Positions 62,518 to 64,000 of a stretch of 64,000 nt of DNA are shown in pieces (within the stretch, counting starts at the first letter, position 1; the number at the start of each line of letters is the position of its first letter). The DNA comes from a virus. Taxonomy: Duplodnaviria > Heunggongvirae > Uroviricota > Caudoviricetes. Both the position numbers and the translations under genes were made by a program. Where the stretch lies: IMG/VR virus record IMGVR_UViG_3300021060_000024, positions 11,577 through 75,576 of that record. One strand, written 5' to 3'. The notes beneath the pieces were generated by a model, which saw only the letters and a list, made by a program, of their open reading frames with translations, was not told the DNA's origin and did not search any database.

Positions 62518-64000
62518 ATGGTCGTCAAGCTGAACCAGCCCGATGCCGTCGAGTCCCCGCAGTGGTGGACCAAGCGGCTGTACAAGCGGCTGACCGAGCG
62601 CCAGGACGAGATCGAGGTGCTGGACAACTACTACTCCGGCAACCACCCGATCCCGTGGATGCCCGAGGCGATGCAGGACGAGTTCAAGCACGTCCTCAAG
62701 ATCACCCGCTCCAACTACATGGGCCTGGTCGCTGACGCCCAGGTCGAGCGCATGGTCGTCGAGGGCTTCCGCATCGGTGACTCCCAGGTGGCCGACGCCG
62801 AGACCTGGGACCTGTGGCAGCGCAACAACATGGACGCGGACTTCGACCAGTGCCTGCTGGAGGCGACCATCGCCGGGCGCGGCTACACCCTCATCGCGCC
62901 CCCCGGGGACGAGGACGACTTCGCGCGCATGTACGTCGAGCACCCCAGCCAGTGCATCGTGGCCTACCAGCCGGGCAACCGCCGCAAGCGCGCCGCGGGC
63001 CTCAAGGCCTGGGTGGACGACTGGACCGGCGACGTCTTCGTCACGCTGTGGCTGCCCGACAAGATCTACCGGTTCAGCGCCACCCAGAAGCAGCTCAACG
63101 CGCTGCAGTCCGTCGGCACCGAGGGTCTGGTCAGCGGCGCCTACGAGTGGAAGCCGCGCTCGGGCAACGGCTACGAGGCCGTGGAGGACAACACCCTGGA
63201 GGAGGTGCCGCTGTTCGAGCAGCCGAACAACCCGCGCATGCTCACCGGCGGCGTCTCCGAGCTCATCGACCTGATCCCGATTCAGGACCGCATCAACAAG
63301 ACCCTCGCCGACCGCCTGATCACCCAGGACTTCGGCGCCTTCCCCCAGAAGTGGGCCACCGGCTACCCCAGCGAGGACGAGGCGGGCAACCCCACCCCTG
63401 GTGCGCGTGTGGGCCGCGATCGCCTGCTGGCCACGGACGTGGCCGAGACCAAGTTCGGCCAGTTCCAGGGCACGAGCCTGGACCCGTACTCCAACGCCAA
63501 GCGCGAGGACGTCAAGGACATCGCCAGCCGCTCGCGCACCCCCGCGCAGTACCTGCTGGGCGAGCTCTCGAACGTGAACGGCGAGACGCTGCGGGCCTCC
63601 GAGTCCGGTCTGGTGAGCAAGGTCCGCCAGCGCATGCGCGGCCACTCCGACCCGCTGGAGAGTGCCGTGCGCCTGCTGCGCAAGGCCGCGGGCCTCAAGG
63701 ACGTGAAGGGCCAGGAGGCCATGGAGGTGCTCTGGCGCAACCCGGAGTTCCGCTCCGAGGGCGAGCTGGTGGACGCGCTGGTCAAGCTGGCCCAGATCCA
63801 CGTCCCGGACAAGGCGCTGTGGGAGCAGTACGGCGCCACCCCGCAGATGATCGCGCGCTGGGAGGAGATGCAGACCCAGCAGGCTGCGCGCCAGGACGTG
63901 CTCGCGATGATGGCCGACCGCTTCCGCGCCGAGCAGGGCGGCGTCGCCGCCGGGGCTGACCAGCCCGCCTCGGGCTCGGGCACGCGCCAGGACCGCGGCT
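62518..64000 (+). CDS. portal protein (3' end beyond window)
   Basis: GAGGAG RBS. Frame open from ATG 62518 to the window end (hand-translated MVVKLNQPDAVESPQWW...). Position after the terminase large subunit. Confidence 0.6.
   Translation, partial: MVVKLNQPDAVESPQWWTKRLYKRLTERQDEIEVLDNYYSGNHPIPWMPEAMQDEFKHVLKITRSNYMGLVADAQVERMVVEGFRIGDSQVADAETWDLWQRNNMDADFDQCLLEATIAGRGYTLIAPPGDEDDFARMYVEHPSQCIVAYQPGNRRKRAAGLKAWVDDWTGDVFVTLWLPDKIYRFSATQKQLNALQSVGTEGLVSGAYEWKPRSGNGYEAVEDNTLEEVPLFEQPNNPRMLTGGVSELIDLIPIQDRINKTLADRLITQDFGAFPQKWATGYPSEDEAGNPTPGARVGRDRLLATDVAETKFGQFQGTSLDPYSNAKREDVKDIASRSRTPAQYLLGELSNVNGETLRASESGLVSKVRQRMRGHSDPLESAVRLLRKAAGLKDVKGQEAMEVLWRNPEFRSEGELVDALVKLAQIHVPDKALWEQYGATPQMIARWEEMQTQQAARQDVLAMMADRFRAEQGGVAAGADQPASGSGTRQDRG

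Noticed and set aside
1-64000. Two different prophages in tandem (structural genes at both ends)
   Set aside because: The modules are complementary (neck/tail at left, terminase/portal at right) with uniform GC and coupling style. This fits one permuted genome.

Overview
The window reads as one high-GC (about 70%) actinobacterial siphovirus-type phage or prophage genome, shown circularly permuted. WhiB-family and Lsr2-like genes, GGAGG ribosome-binding sites and the absence of a LysB esterase suggest a non-mycolate actinobacterial host. Layout, left to right: head-tail joining genes (1-3386); a leftward-transcribed accessory cassette (3399-4931) with a leaderless XRE-family HTH regulator, a zinc-ribbon peptide and a secreted LysM-NlpC/P60 peptidase; a 188-aa gene coupled to a CBM + GH6-like + lectin-like glycosidase (5049-7822); major tail protein, a G/GT tail chaperone with a -1 frameshift at an 8-G run, a 1911-aa tape measure, three minor tail/fibre proteins (7901-20195); a lysis cassette (membrane proteins, amidase LysA with two peptidoglycan-binding domains, holin) ending in a WhiB-family regulator (20192-22975); a 23.7-kb early region (23.1-46.7 kb) bounded by two copies of an ~82-bp structured repeat, holding a secreted GH26-like glycosidase, a leftward replication operon (RHH regulator, HNH, primase-polymerase/SF3 helicase, JAB metalloprotease, dCMP deaminase), a rightward recombination operon (YqaJ/RecE-like exonuclease, DUF3310 protein, excisionase-like HTH, SSB-tailed protein, ParB-like nuclease domain, endonuclease VII, sigma-like HTH) and a leftward block of tandem paralogs, small membrane proteins, an SPFH-like lipoprotein and an orphan HicA-like gene; then HNH genes and Cys-rich zinc-ribbon proteins (46.7-51 kb); a striking leftward array (51.7-58.1 kb) in which almost every gene (secreted proteins, tandem-Lsr2-domain protein, C5 DNA methyltransferase, zinc-ribbon proteins) has its own copy of a ~75-bp promoter cassette carrying a perfect GTGTGAC-N4-GTCACAC palindrome, TTGACC/TGGACA -35 and TAACGT -10; a ~200-bp AT-rich palindrome/iteron island (58.3-58.5 kb) flanked by direct repeats, probably cos/pac or ori; then terminase small and large subunits and the 5' part of the portal gene. 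No integrase, tRNA or CRISPR array was seen. GTGA/ATGA start-stop overlaps are pervasive. Antisense and off-frame ORFs in the track are shadow ORFs of the GC-rich coding strand and were ignored. Hand-derived internal start coordinates may be off by 1-2 nt.
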